64,000 nt of DNA from positions 54,012 through 118,011 of IMG/VR virus record IMGVR_UViG_3300047546_001659; one strand, given 5' to 3'. The position numbers and the translations under genes were made by a program. The first letter of the stretch is position 1. Every line of letters begins with the position of its first letter. Under the pieces are notes generated by a model. It ran no database searches. It was given only the letters and a program-made list of their open reading frames with translations, and had not been told where the DNA came from. This DNA comes from a virus. Positions 10,800 through 19,371 of this stretch are shown here, piece after piece.

Positions 10800-12573
10800 C
10801 TCTACCCTCCAATGCTGCTACTGCATATGATAATTTAATTCCTGCAATTGCTGATTGACAATGTGGATCAGCACATGTTAATACACTACCTCCACCTTGT
10901 TGACCAGGTTGAGCAGATTCAACATGACAATGAATACCACCTTGATCATTTTTTTCAAGAAGTATTTTACTATAAGGAAGAAAATCTCTCACGTAAGCTG
11001 CCATCTCAGCCGTAAATCCATAATCAGGTTTATTGGAACATCTAATATCTACCGCACCACCTTTGATATGATTAGATGAGTTATCTCTATACCAAGAGGA
11101 GATATACATACGACCCCCAAATTTTTCGTATAAAGGATCTAATATGTTCCAAGCAACATTCATTGCTTCTTTGAGTATTTGTTGATGTTGTGCGGCTGGA
11201 GCACTTCTGATGTTTATAATTTGTCCTACAGTGATATGCTTTGATATCTTCTGTGATGAATTGTATATTGAGGTAGGAATAGGTAAAGGATTTTTCTCTG
11301 CTGTTCCATTATTACTTGATACACCAGCTGGTCTATCATATATGCCTGTTGCAATAGCTTCAGCTGTAATGCCTGAATCTTTAGCCTGATAAGTGACACC
11401 AGATCCTTTGTTGCCTGCAGCATAAGCTTCTGCCTGAGGATTTGGTCTACCGCCTTCATTTTTATAAAGAGAAAATTCTTCAGCTGACATACCCGCAGCA
11501 TTCTTTGGAAAATCAGGAGCCAATCTTACTGAAGTAATTGAATCTATAATAGTGTTAGTTGTAGGATACTGTGCAAGTTGTGCTGCATTTATATTAGCAT
11601 CATCAACAGAAGGTGATCCACCTGTTTGAATATCCGTAGTTGATCCTTTGATATTAACTTTTGCAGATGCTAATAAATCTATAGTTGATGAAGAATGAAT
11701 AGAAGCAGCACTTGTTGATGAAATTTTTGTTGTGCCGTTTGCTCTTACAGATAAGTCAGCTTCTGTAGCAATTCCTATATCATCCTTTGCGTCAATTTCA
11801 ATTTTTTCTTTAGCATAGATACCTACATTTTTCTGTGCGTTCACTTCTACGGTCTTATCAGATCTAACAGTAATTTCTTTTCCTGCATCTACTTCAAGTG
11901 ATTGAGGTGTTTGTATTCTCATTTTACCAGCAGATGTAATTCTATAATCACCTGCAATCATTGTACTAGAATCTTTAGCTACTTCAATTATCTTACTGCC
12001 GTTTTGAATTACTTCTTCAATTGATCCATCGTGAACTGTAGTAACCATATCACCACCAACTGATATGTTCAAACTACCTCCGACATTGATATCTAAATCC
12101 CCAACCGTTTCAATTGTAATTTTACCATCACCTTTCAATATCATATGACCTTTTGCAAACATAGTCATATCACCTTTTGGTGCAACTATGCCAACACCCT
12201 TTGATCCGGAAGATATCATATGAATAGAACCATCAGCGTCAATCATAATAGTTGCACCTGAATGATGTTGCAATGTAATAGTATCAGAACCAAATGTGTT
12301 ATCAATTACAACTTTGTTTCCTGTAGCAGAAACAAATCCTTGAACATCAGTTGAATCACCAATGCCTCCCATAACACCTGCACCAGGTCCTGTATGAGTT
12401 ATGGTATTATCAGAAGCAGAACCGGGTTTATCTTTTACTGATACTTCATAATAAGGTGCTGGATTACCAGATCCAATTATTTGTGGTCCTTCATTTCTCC
12501 CTACGCCATCACTTTCAATATTGGTGACGGCTTTTACTAATTCAGGATCTGATGCAAATTTATCAATTGACAT
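10792..12573 (-). CDS. gp5 C-terminal beta-helix spike fused to peptidase M15-like domain
   Basis: LQHHSGATIMIDADG then beta-helix repeats; C-terminal ISSWYR..NHIKGGAVDI..IHCHV (Zn peptidase M15). Confidence 0.75.
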   Translation of the reverse strand: MSIDKFASDPELVKAVTNIESDGVGRNEGPQIIGSGNPAPYYEVSVKDKPGSASDNTITHTGPGAGVMGGIGDSTDVQGFVSATGNKVVIDNTFGSDTITLQHHSGATIMIDADGSIHMISSGSKGVGIVAPKGDMTMFAKGHMILKGDGKITIETVGDLDINVGGSLNISVGGDMVTTVHDGSIEEVIQNGSKIIEVAKDSSTMIAGDYRITSAGKMRIQTPQSLEVDAGKEITVRSDKTVEVNAQKNVGIYAKEKIEIDAKDDIGIATEADLSVRANGTTKISSTSAASIHSSSTIDLLASAKVNIKGSTTDIQTGGSPSVDDANINAAQLAQYPTTNTIIDSITSVRLAPDFPKNAAGMSAEEFSLYKNEGGRPNPQAEAYAAGNKGSGVTYQAKDSGITAEAIATGIYDRPAGVSSNNGTAEKNPLPIPTSIYNSSQKISKHITVGQIINIRSAPAAQHQQILKEAMNVAWNILDPLYEKFGGRMYISSWYRDNSSNHIKGGAVDIRCSNKPDYGFTAEMAAYVRDFLPYSKILLEKNDQGGIHCHVESAQPGQQGGGSVLTCADPHCQSAIAGIKLSYAVAALEGRVA

Positions 12574-12575
12574 TG

Positions 12576-12956
12576 TTATCCACAATAATTGTTATACAAA
12601 GTGTTTAAATTATGTTCTAATTTATTATGATCTGCAGTAATTGTTGCATTATCAGTAAACATAGATAGATCTTTCATAATTTTATATAGTGTAATTTTTT
12701 GCTGCTCAGTAAGATAATAATTAGAGTGTAAAACGTTTAATTTGCTATTGACGAATTTATTCAACCCACCAATAATACATACAGTTGCATTCTTTTCACT
12801 AGCTTGTGATCCCTGATAAACCGATCCATCTACATCAATTATAAATGTAAAGTTACTATAGTCATTTAAATTTACATTCTCACCTCTTGTAGTATTAGAA
12901 AAGGTGAAATTTAAATTTGTACTGTAGGATACTGCAGTTGGGGCAACTCTATTCAT
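12576..12956 (-). CDS. small hub-cluster protein, degenerate amidase-like fold
   Basis: FIIDVDGSVYQG..VCIIGG..TEQQKITL resembles T7-type amidase but lacks obvious Zn His ligands. Confidence 0.4.
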   Translation of the reverse strand: MNRVAPTAVSYSTNLNFTFSNTTRGENVNLNDYSNFTFIIDVDGSVYQGSQASEKNATVCIIGGLNKFVNSKLNVLHSNYYLTEQQKITLYKIMKDLSMFTDNATITADHNKLEHNLNTLYNNYCG

Positions 12957-13909
12957 ACAAAATTACCTGTATAAGAAAATGATGAGAGGGCAGCTCTTGC
13001 CTTTACAAGTTTTTTCTGGTAGAAAGGTGATTCTCTATCAACTGCCCATACTTTATTACTTATTTGTTTATAAGAGTCATCTCTTTCATAACAAATAATA
13101 GCTGCAGTAGCATCCTGAATAGTAGTTGCTACTAACAATTTTTTATATGCTTCTCTTTCAGAAACATGAAATTCATGCCATACATAATCTAATTGTTGTT
13201 CTAGAGGTGGCAAATTAGGAGGTTTCACAAGACCTGATATACCACAAAATTTAAGCATTGGAGTTGCTCTGTCATATTTGCCGGTTCTCCATTGTGCTAT
13301 ACCAATTGAAATTTCACCTTCATCATTTGGATTATATGCTTGTGGATTTATATTATCTGATGCGGATTCAATTTGAAAATTACCTACTATGGCTGCACAC
13401 ATGAGTTTGATGTCACCCGAAGCTGAACCTTCTTTAGATATTTTTTCCCAGAAATAATTATAAACTTTTTGAGCATTACTTCCACCTGTTAATTGTGTTG
13501 TGGGTGTAGTATTGGTGTCAGTAGGAATATTATTTCCTGGACTACTCACTTCTCTAGAATCATTTCGGGTGCCGCTGCCAGCTGGTGAATTATTAATCGA
13601 ACCAGGTCCACCATTTATTACACCCATAACAATAGGTTGTTGACTATCTTCTCCGTCAACAAACATCCCAAATACCCAAGTGCCAACCTTTAAGCCATGG
13701 CTCACATTACCACTTGATGTTTGTCCACCCGTTGTAGGATATAAAACCATCGCCCAAGGTAATATATCATTAGGTACTCTCAAAGTATCTTCTATGTGAT
13801 GAATACCAAATATTCTTACACGCACACGAGATCTATCATCGGCAATGTCTTGAACAACACCAATGAACCATCTAAATCTATCTCCGTAAAAATCGTCGTT
13901 TAATATCAT
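12953..13909 (-). CDS. gp5: gp5 N-terminal OB-fold fused to phage tail lysozyme (Phage_lysozyme2-like)
   Basis: WFIGVV..RVRVRIFGIH..LPWA..GTWVFGMFVDGEDSQQPIVMG; AAIVGNFQIES..GIAQW..QQLDY. Confidence 0.85.
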   Translation of the reverse strand: MILNDDFYGDRFRWFIGVVQDIADDRSRVRVRIFGIHHIEDTLRVPNDILPWAMVLYPTTGGQTSSGNVSHGLKVGTWVFGMFVDGEDSQQPIVMGVINGGPGSINNSPAGSGTRNDSREVSSPGNNIPTDTNTTPTTQLTGGSNAQKVYNYFWEKISKEGSASGDIKLMCAAIVGNFQIESASDNINPQAYNPNDEGEISIGIAQWRTGKYDRATPMLKFCGISGLVKPPNLPPLEQQLDYVWHEFHVSEREAYKKLLVATTIQDATAAIICYERDDSYKQISNKVWAVDRESPFYQKKLVKARAALSSFSYTGNFV

Positions 13910-15312
13910 GCGTGACCGTATTTTACTACTGGTGAAGAGATTGAAGAATTATATTCAGACTCTTCTAATAACTGATTAAGATAACCATCTTTGTAAATTC
14001 TAATTGATGTAGCAGCTTTATCCCCTGCTGAGAATACTGTTTTAATTTCAGAAATAATAAACATACCTGAAATATAAATGTCGGTTAAAACATTATTAAA
14101 CCCATGCATTTCAGGAATGTCACAGTATATTATATCTCCTGCTTTTAAATTTATATTTGCTGGTACTGTAGCTGATAAATCAATTTGATTTAAAGCGTGA
14201 TTATATTTTACAGTATTACCAAATTTCAATCTATAGCCAGGTTGTGTCTTTCCAATATCATCATTAAAATTATCATAATTATTTACAATATATCTGATTC
14301 TATTTGTATATTCAGATTTTGCATTTTCATTTTTAACATAATCAATATATTTTTGAGTATTCAAAGGATATTTTTCAAGTGTGAAAGGTTTGTCTTTTGT
14401 TCCTGTATGTTCAGTAACTTTACTATTGTAGGCTTTTTGTAACATACTAATTTCAAATAGTTCGTTCTGATAATATCCACTAGCAATTTTTTCAATAGAT
14501 GAAAATCTTTTATTATTAATTAAATTAGTAATAATTCTTAAATCTTGATCCGGATCACCAGTAGGTGAAGCATTATTTAATTCAATATCTGAAATATAGA
14601 CATATTTTTTCTGTCTTAAAGATTCTCTTTTCTTTAATGCTTCTTCAATTAATTTTTGAATAGTTATAAAATTAAACTTTTCAGTATCTTCGTAAAAAAG
14701 ATAAGTAAAATGATTATCAGGATCAGCTGATACAGCATGTTTGGCTAACCATTTAATACCCTGAAATGGTCTCAAATTTGGAACTATAAGTGTTCTAACT
14801 TTACTTGATGTTTCTTTAACAAATGGTTTGCCAATATTATATAATGCTTTTGTATCTTCTGCAAGATATTCATCGAATAATTTTTCAGCAGCGTCCTCTA
14901 CTTTTTCATTATAACCATGTGAAACATATTTTCTAACATTTTGAAGATAGTACGGACTGATTAATTCAACAACATACATTAAAGATCTTGCTTTGTCACC
15001 TAATACGATATTTCTTACACCTTTAATAATAAATTTATATTCTTTTACTGTCTTAGCAGGACCTATAGCTGATGCAAGATTTGTGTTATATTCATAAGAT
15101 ATTGTAATTAATTCTTCACCAGTAAAAGGATAATTGACAAATAATCCTATCTGGTCATTTATAAGCATCTCTGCTTTAATTGATGATTCAAAAATAGATT
15201 GGTATACTGACACTTCCACAAATTGAGGAAGCAAACTCATTTTATCTGTTTTATTAAATTTTTCAATTGTTATAGCAACAATTTTAATATCAAGTGGATT
15301 AAAATTAGCCAT
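13906..15312 (-). CDS. baseplate hub protein gp27-like
   Basis: YQSIFESSIKAEMLINDQ..PFTGEE, FYE, AGDII..P..SGMFII; located between gp53 and gp5. Confidence 0.65.
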   Translation of the reverse strand: MANFNPLDIKIVAITIEKFNKTDKMSLLPQFVEVSVYQSIFESSIKAEMLINDQIGLFVNYPFTGEELITISYEYNTNLASAIGPAKTVKEYKFIIKGVRNIVLGDKARSLMYVVELISPYYLQNVRKYVSHGYNEKVEDAAEKLFDEYLAEDTKALYNIGKPFVKETSSKVRTLIVPNLRPFQGIKWLAKHAVSADPDNHFTYLFYEDTEKFNFITIQKLIEEALKKRESLRQKKYVYISDIELNNASPTGDPDQDLRIITNLINNKRFSSIEKIASGYYQNELFEISMLQKAYNSKVTEHTGTKDKPFTLEKYPLNTQKYIDYVKNENAKSEYTNRIRYIVNNYDNFNDDIGKTQPGYRLKFGNTVKYNHALNQIDLSATVPANINLKAGDIIYCDIPEMHGFNNVLTDIYISGMFIISEIKTVFSAGDKAATSIRIYKDGYLNQLLEESEYNSSISSPVVKYGHA

Positions 15313-15865
15313 TAAATAGATCTTTAATTTGCTGTTTAAAATCACTTATATAATTTGGTCTTAACAATTTTATATCTCTCTTCAATTCATTTAATTCATA
15401 TTCATATTCCCAGATTGATACAGGTTCCCATCCTGGAGGATTACCAAGTTTAGAATATGTTAATGGAGTCATTTTATAATTGTAAGAATTTATTGTTGCT
15501 TGATCGTCTGAATTTAAACCTTTATAGTAATAGTAAGCAATAGTATCAGATGATAATGTAGAATTTAATCTTGAGGCAGTAGTATTATATTTTGTTTCCA
15601 TATAATCTTTAAATGAATTGTCATCCATCAACCAATCTTTATAAGGATCAACTATTTTATTCGTAAGATAAATGACCCAATCAAGAGTTGGATCATTATA
15701 TTCTTGATAGGCGATAGCATCTGCACGCTCATTACCTTTTATTGTATAAGAATAAAATTTATTATAATCATTTAAATATTGTGTTACGATTTCAGGTTCA
15801 ACTAATATGTTGATACCTTGATTGCTATTATATTGGAGTCTAGGATAATAATCGAATATTGACAT
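15305..15865 (-). CDS. gp53: baseplate wedge protein gp53
   Basis: FDYYP, ERADAIAYQEY..DWVIYLTNKIVDPYKDW, YEYELNELKRDIKLLRP. Confidence 0.85.
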   Translation of the reverse strand: MSIFDYYPRLQYNSNQGINILVEPEIVTQYLNDYNKFYSYTIKGNERADAIAYQEYNDPTLDWVIYLTNKIVDPYKDWLMDDNSFKDYMETKYNTTASRLNSTLSSDTIAYYYYKGLNSDDQATINSYNYKMTPLTYSKLGNPPGWEPVSIWEYEYELNELKRDIKLLRPNYISDFKQQIKDLFNG

Positions 15866-15867
15866 TT

Positions 15868-16662
15868 TTACGTATTATCTCTCTTGTAGTGAGAACCTGC
15901 GGTTGCCGTTGTTCCGTCAAAATTATCTCTTGTTTGAATATTGATTTCTTGGAATGACATAGCAATCTCAACTGATATAGGTTGTCCGTCTTTATAAAAA
16001 GCAGGAGTACCAGTACCAGCACCATTAATATCCAATCTAGTAATAAATGAATCGTTTACATTTGGCATTATTGAATAAGGAAGACCTATAAAATCAACTG
16101 TTGCAAGATAAGGATACTCCAATGCATATCCGCCAGGGATAATTTTTGGATGCATATATGTTTTTACATGGTCAATAATTCTGTTTAACGATCTTGCTTC
16201 ATCAGAAGATTTAGGAGCCAGCTTCCACACAAACTGATAAGACTTAGGTCTTACACCTTCGAATATAGTTGTAAGATGTGGGTTGCGAACCTGACCACTT
16301 ACGGATTGTGCATACTTACCTATAATAGTATCAGATATACCAGGAGCAATTGCTGCAGCTTGTAATGATATGTCTAAAATTTTACTTACTGACATATTGC
16401 CTGCTTTTGTTTGATTTTCATATTCTTGCAATTGTGTTTTACCCGCCGATAGTAAGTCAGTTGGTGAATTGCCAAATAATTCAAAAGCAGGATTACTCAC
16501 GTCCATGTTAAATGAATCATGTAACCCTAAAGGTAAAGGTAAACGTATTGAAGAAGCCAGGGTTACAGTAGGTTGTGTTCCCGGTTTTCTTTCATATTTT
16601 CTTAAAGCCAGTCTAGTATAGAACTGGGGTTCTTGTAAAGGAAAAGCAAATATTTCAGCCAT
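15868..16662 (-). CDS. gp48: baseplate tail-tube cap gp48
   Basis: NPHLTTIFEGVRPKSYQFVWKLAPKS..EA, LEYP, SFQEI. Confidence 0.8.
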   Translation of the reverse strand: MAEIFAFPLQEPQFYTRLALRKYERKPGTQPTVTLASSIRLPLPLGLHDSFNMDVSNPAFELFGNSPTDLLSAGKTQLQEYENQTKAGNMSVSKILDISLQAAAIAPGISDTIIGKYAQSVSGQVRNPHLTTIFEGVRPKSYQFVWKLAPKSSDEARSLNRIIDHVKTYMHPKIIPGGYALEYPYLATVDFIGLPYSIMPNVNDSFITRLDINGAGTGTPAFYKDGQPISVEIAMSFQEINIQTRDNFDGTTATAGSHYKRDNT

Positions 16663-16671
16663 TTTACTCCC

Positions 16672-16694
16672 TATAAATATTCTTATTATTTATC
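16672..16694. promoter_or_regulatory. divergent late promoters (TATAAATA on +, GATAAATA on -)
   Basis: TATAAATA at 16672-16679 before gp4; variant on minus strand before gp48. Confidence 0.65.
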
Positions 16695-16706
16695 GGTATT
16701 TTTGAA

Positions 16707-17150
16707 ATGGCATATAAAGGTAAATTTAAACCTAAGTTCCCTGAAAAATATAGAGGGGATCCTACCAACATTATCTATAGAAGTCTTTGGGAGATGAGGT
16801 TCATGAGATATTTGGACCACCACCCAAGTGTTATGCAATGGGCTTCAGAAGAAGTTATTATTCCTTATATAAGTCCTATTGATAAAAGAGTTCATAGATA
16901 CTTTCCTGATTTTTGGGTAAAGATGAAGGCTGCAAATGGTGAAATAAATACTTTATTAATAGAAATTAAACCTTCTAAGCAAACTAAAATACCGATAAGA
17001 CCTGAAAAATTAACTCGCAAATTTATTAACGAAGCCCGTACATATAGTGTCAATATAGCTAAGTGGAAAGCTGCACAAGAATTTTGCGATGATAGAAAAT
17101 GGCAATTTAAAGTACTTACAGAAAAAGAATTAGGATTAGATAAAATTTAA
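16707..17150 (+). CDS. gp4: head completion nuclease gp4 (TnsA-like)
   Basis: YKGKFKP..KYRGDPTNIIYRSLWE..HRYFPDF..EIKP..KWKAA. Confidence 0.9.
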   Translation: MAYKGKFKPKFPEKYRGDPTNIIYRSLWEMRFMRYLDHHPSVMQWASEEVIIPYISPIDKRVHRYFPDFWVKMKAANGEINTLLIEIKPSKQTKIPIRPEKLTRKFINEARTYSVNIAKWKAAQEFCDDRKWQFKVLTEKELGLDKI

Positions 17151-17755
17151 TGGGAATTTTTACTAACGTTCTTAAAGATGGTAGAACTTCTAGTTCATCT
17201 ACTGGCATTTTAAGACCAGGGACAGTTGATGCTCGTGATTGGTTTAGAGATAAAGCCAGAGAAGTAAGATCAGTACAAGTGGATTCTATAATAAGAAAAA
17301 ATCCTACTTACACAAGAACTACTATTAGACCTGGATTCATGTATCTTTTTAATTATGATCCAAAGATGAAAGATGAACTTCCTTACTATGATAGATTTCC
17401 TTTAGTGTTTCCTTTTGAGGCAACACCTGATGGGTTCTTGGGAATGAATATGCATTACATTCCTCATATCTACAGAGCAAGATTGATGGATAATCTTTAT
17501 GATCTAACCAATAATGAAAGATATGATGAAACAACCAAGCTCAGAGCATCGTATTCTATGCTTAATTCAGCCGCCCGCTATAAATACTTTAAACCTTGTA
17601 TTAAAAGATATCTATACTCTCATGTGAGAAGCAGATTTCTTTTGATACCAGCAAATGAATGGGATATAGCTTTATTTTTACCACTTGAAAGATTTGCTAA
17701 ATCAACAAAAAGTAAAGTATATAAAGATTCAAGGAATTATATAAATGGCCTTTAA
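17150..17755 (+). CDS. gp2: DNA end protector gp2
   Basis: YDPKMKDELPYYDRFPLV..GMNMHYIP..KPCIKRYL..HVRS. Confidence 0.9.
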   Translation: MGIFTNVLKDGRTSSSSTGILRPGTVDARDWFRDKAREVRSVQVDSIIRKNPTYTRTTIRPGFMYLFNYDPKMKDELPYYDRFPLVFPFEATPDGFLGMNMHYIPHIYRARLMDNLYDLTNNERYDETTKLRASYSMLNSAARYKYFKPCIKRYLYSHVRSRFLLIPANEWDIALFLPLERFAKSTKSKVYKDSRNYINGL

Positions 17756-18482
17756 TATTAGAGACATGATGGGGGCAATGAATGCCTCCGGAGGTCTAAC
17801 TAAAACTTCTAAATTTTTTGTTGAGGTTTATCCTCCAAGAAGTTTAGCTGTTAATCCTAATCTTTTCTTTTTGTGCGAGGCTGCAACATTACCAGGGGTA
17901 TCATGGCAAACTGATGAAATAAGAATGTCTGGATATGGTAATCTAGAAAAACGTCCGTATACACCAATTTTTCAAGATGTCAATTTAACTTTTTATAATG
18001 ATTCAAATAGTAAAGTGATGACATTCTTTCACAGATGGATGCAGACAATATTTAACTTTAATGCTTCTATCAATCCCAATTCAACAACTGCCGCAGGTCA
18101 ACCCATTAATACCCTTAACTATCCTAATGAATATAGAGGTATTGTTGAAATAATTCATTATGATGATGCAGGCGAACAGGTAGTTAAATATACAATGCAA
18201 GATGCATATCCAATTGCAATTGGTGATATTAATGTTGACTGGAATCAATCAGATCAGCTTGTAAGAATACCTGTAACATTTGCATATACTTATTGGTCTT
18301 CAGAAACACTTGATCCAGGGTTAGCCTCTTATAAATCACAAGCTATTTTCAATGCTACTCAATCTACTGCCTCAAGAGTAGATATGGAAAACAAAATTAT
18401 TTGGGAACTTCTCAACTTTACATCACCAGCCATAGTACAAAATAAAGTAAACATTCTAGCTGGTGTTTTATCATTTTTATAA
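17745..18482 (+). CDS. gp54: baseplate tail-tube initiator gp54 (gp19-like fold)
   Basis: CEAATLPG, LTFYND, WMQTI, DAYPIAIG..W..VTFAY. Confidence 0.7.
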   Translation: MAFNIRDMMGAMNASGGLTKTSKFFVEVYPPRSLAVNPNLFFLCEAATLPGVSWQTDEIRMSGYGNLEKRPYTPIFQDVNLTFYNDSNSKVMTFFHRWMQTIFNFNASINPNSTTAAGQPINTLNYPNEYRGIVEIIHYDDAGEQVVKYTMQDAYPIAIGDINVDWNQSDQLVRIPVTFAYTYWSSETLDPGLASYKSQAIFNATQSTASRVDMENKIIWELLNFTSPAIVQNKVNILAGVLSFL

Positions 18483-18499
18483 TATAAGGACTATTTGAA

Positions 18500-19198
18500 A
18501 TGGCACTACCTAAAATTAAACACCCAACATATAATGTTACTATACCTTCCAATAAACAGAAGGTTAACATTAGACCCTTTACTGTTCAAGAAGAAAAACT
18601 TCTTCTTATGGCAAGACAGTCAGAAAATGCTGAAGATTCCATCAATACAATTAAACAAATAATTACCAATTGTGTAATTGAAAGTATTGATGTTGATAAA
18701 TTAGCTACATTTGATATAGAATATTTGTTTGTCAAATTGAGAGCTAAATCAGTAGGTGAAATTGTTGAATTGGAATATAAAGATACTGAAACAAATGAAT
18801 CAATAAAATTCAAAGTAAATCTTGATGATGTGGAAATTAAATACAATCCAAACCACACAAATAAATTCATTATAAGTGGTGAGGTTGGAGTATCTATGAG
18901 ATATCCATCAATAAGCGAATTAAAACAAATAGAAAATGATATGATTGCAGATAAAACTATTACTGGAATCCTTAGTAAATGTATAGATAAAATTTTTGAT
19001 AATGATAATGTCTATACAGATTACACAGATTCAGAATTAGAAGAATTTATCAACAGTTTACCTGTTGAAGCTATGACGAAAATTAGAGAATTTTTTGAAA
19101 CAATGCCTTCACTTGAATATACAACAAAGGTTAAAAATAAAGCTGGTAAAGAAATAGATGTTGAATTGCGAGGAATCAACAATTTTTTTACGTATTGA
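18500..19198 (+). CDS. gp26: baseplate hub assembly protein gp26
   Basis: MALPKI..P..RPFTVQEEKLLL..FDIEYLFVKLRAKSVGE..MRYP..FFETMP. Confidence 0.9.
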   Translation: MALPKIKHPTYNVTIPSNKQKVNIRPFTVQEEKLLLMARQSENAEDSINTIKQIITNCVIESIDVDKLATFDIEYLFVKLRAKSVGEIVELEYKDTETNESIKFKVNLDDVEIKYNPNHTNKFIISGEVGVSMRYPSISELKQIENDMIADKTITGILSKCIDKIFDNDNVYTDYTDSELEEFINSLPVEAMTKIREFFETMPSLEYTTKVKNKAGKEIDVELRGINNFFTY

Positions 19199-19371
19199 CC
19201 GGATATTCTAATATCTCGGTCTATTACAATACGTTGTTTTCTTTAGTACATCACCATAAATATTCATTGACAGAGGTTTATGATATGTATCCTTACGAAA
19301 GAGATCTATTTTTAGAATTGCTAATGATGCATATTAAGGACGTACAAGAAAGAAAGACACGTAATGGCTAA
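19189..19371 (+). CDS. gp51: gp51-like hub assembly/chaperone segment in the -1 frame of gp26 (absent from ORF track)
   Basis: Translates YVLTGYSNISVYYNTLFSLVHHHKYSLTEVYDMYPYERDLFLELLMMHIKDVQERKTRNG*; HKYSL.E...M.P.ER motif; reached by slip at T TTT TTT (19183-19189) or a TTG start at 19195. Confidence 0.8.
   Translation, partial: YVLTGYSNISVYYNTLFSLVHHHKYSLTEVYDMYPYERDLFLELLMMHIKDVQERKTRNG

Noticed and set aside
16707-17150. TnsA-like domain as a Tn7 transposon
   Set aside because: It is T4 gp4 in its normal gp4-gp2 context
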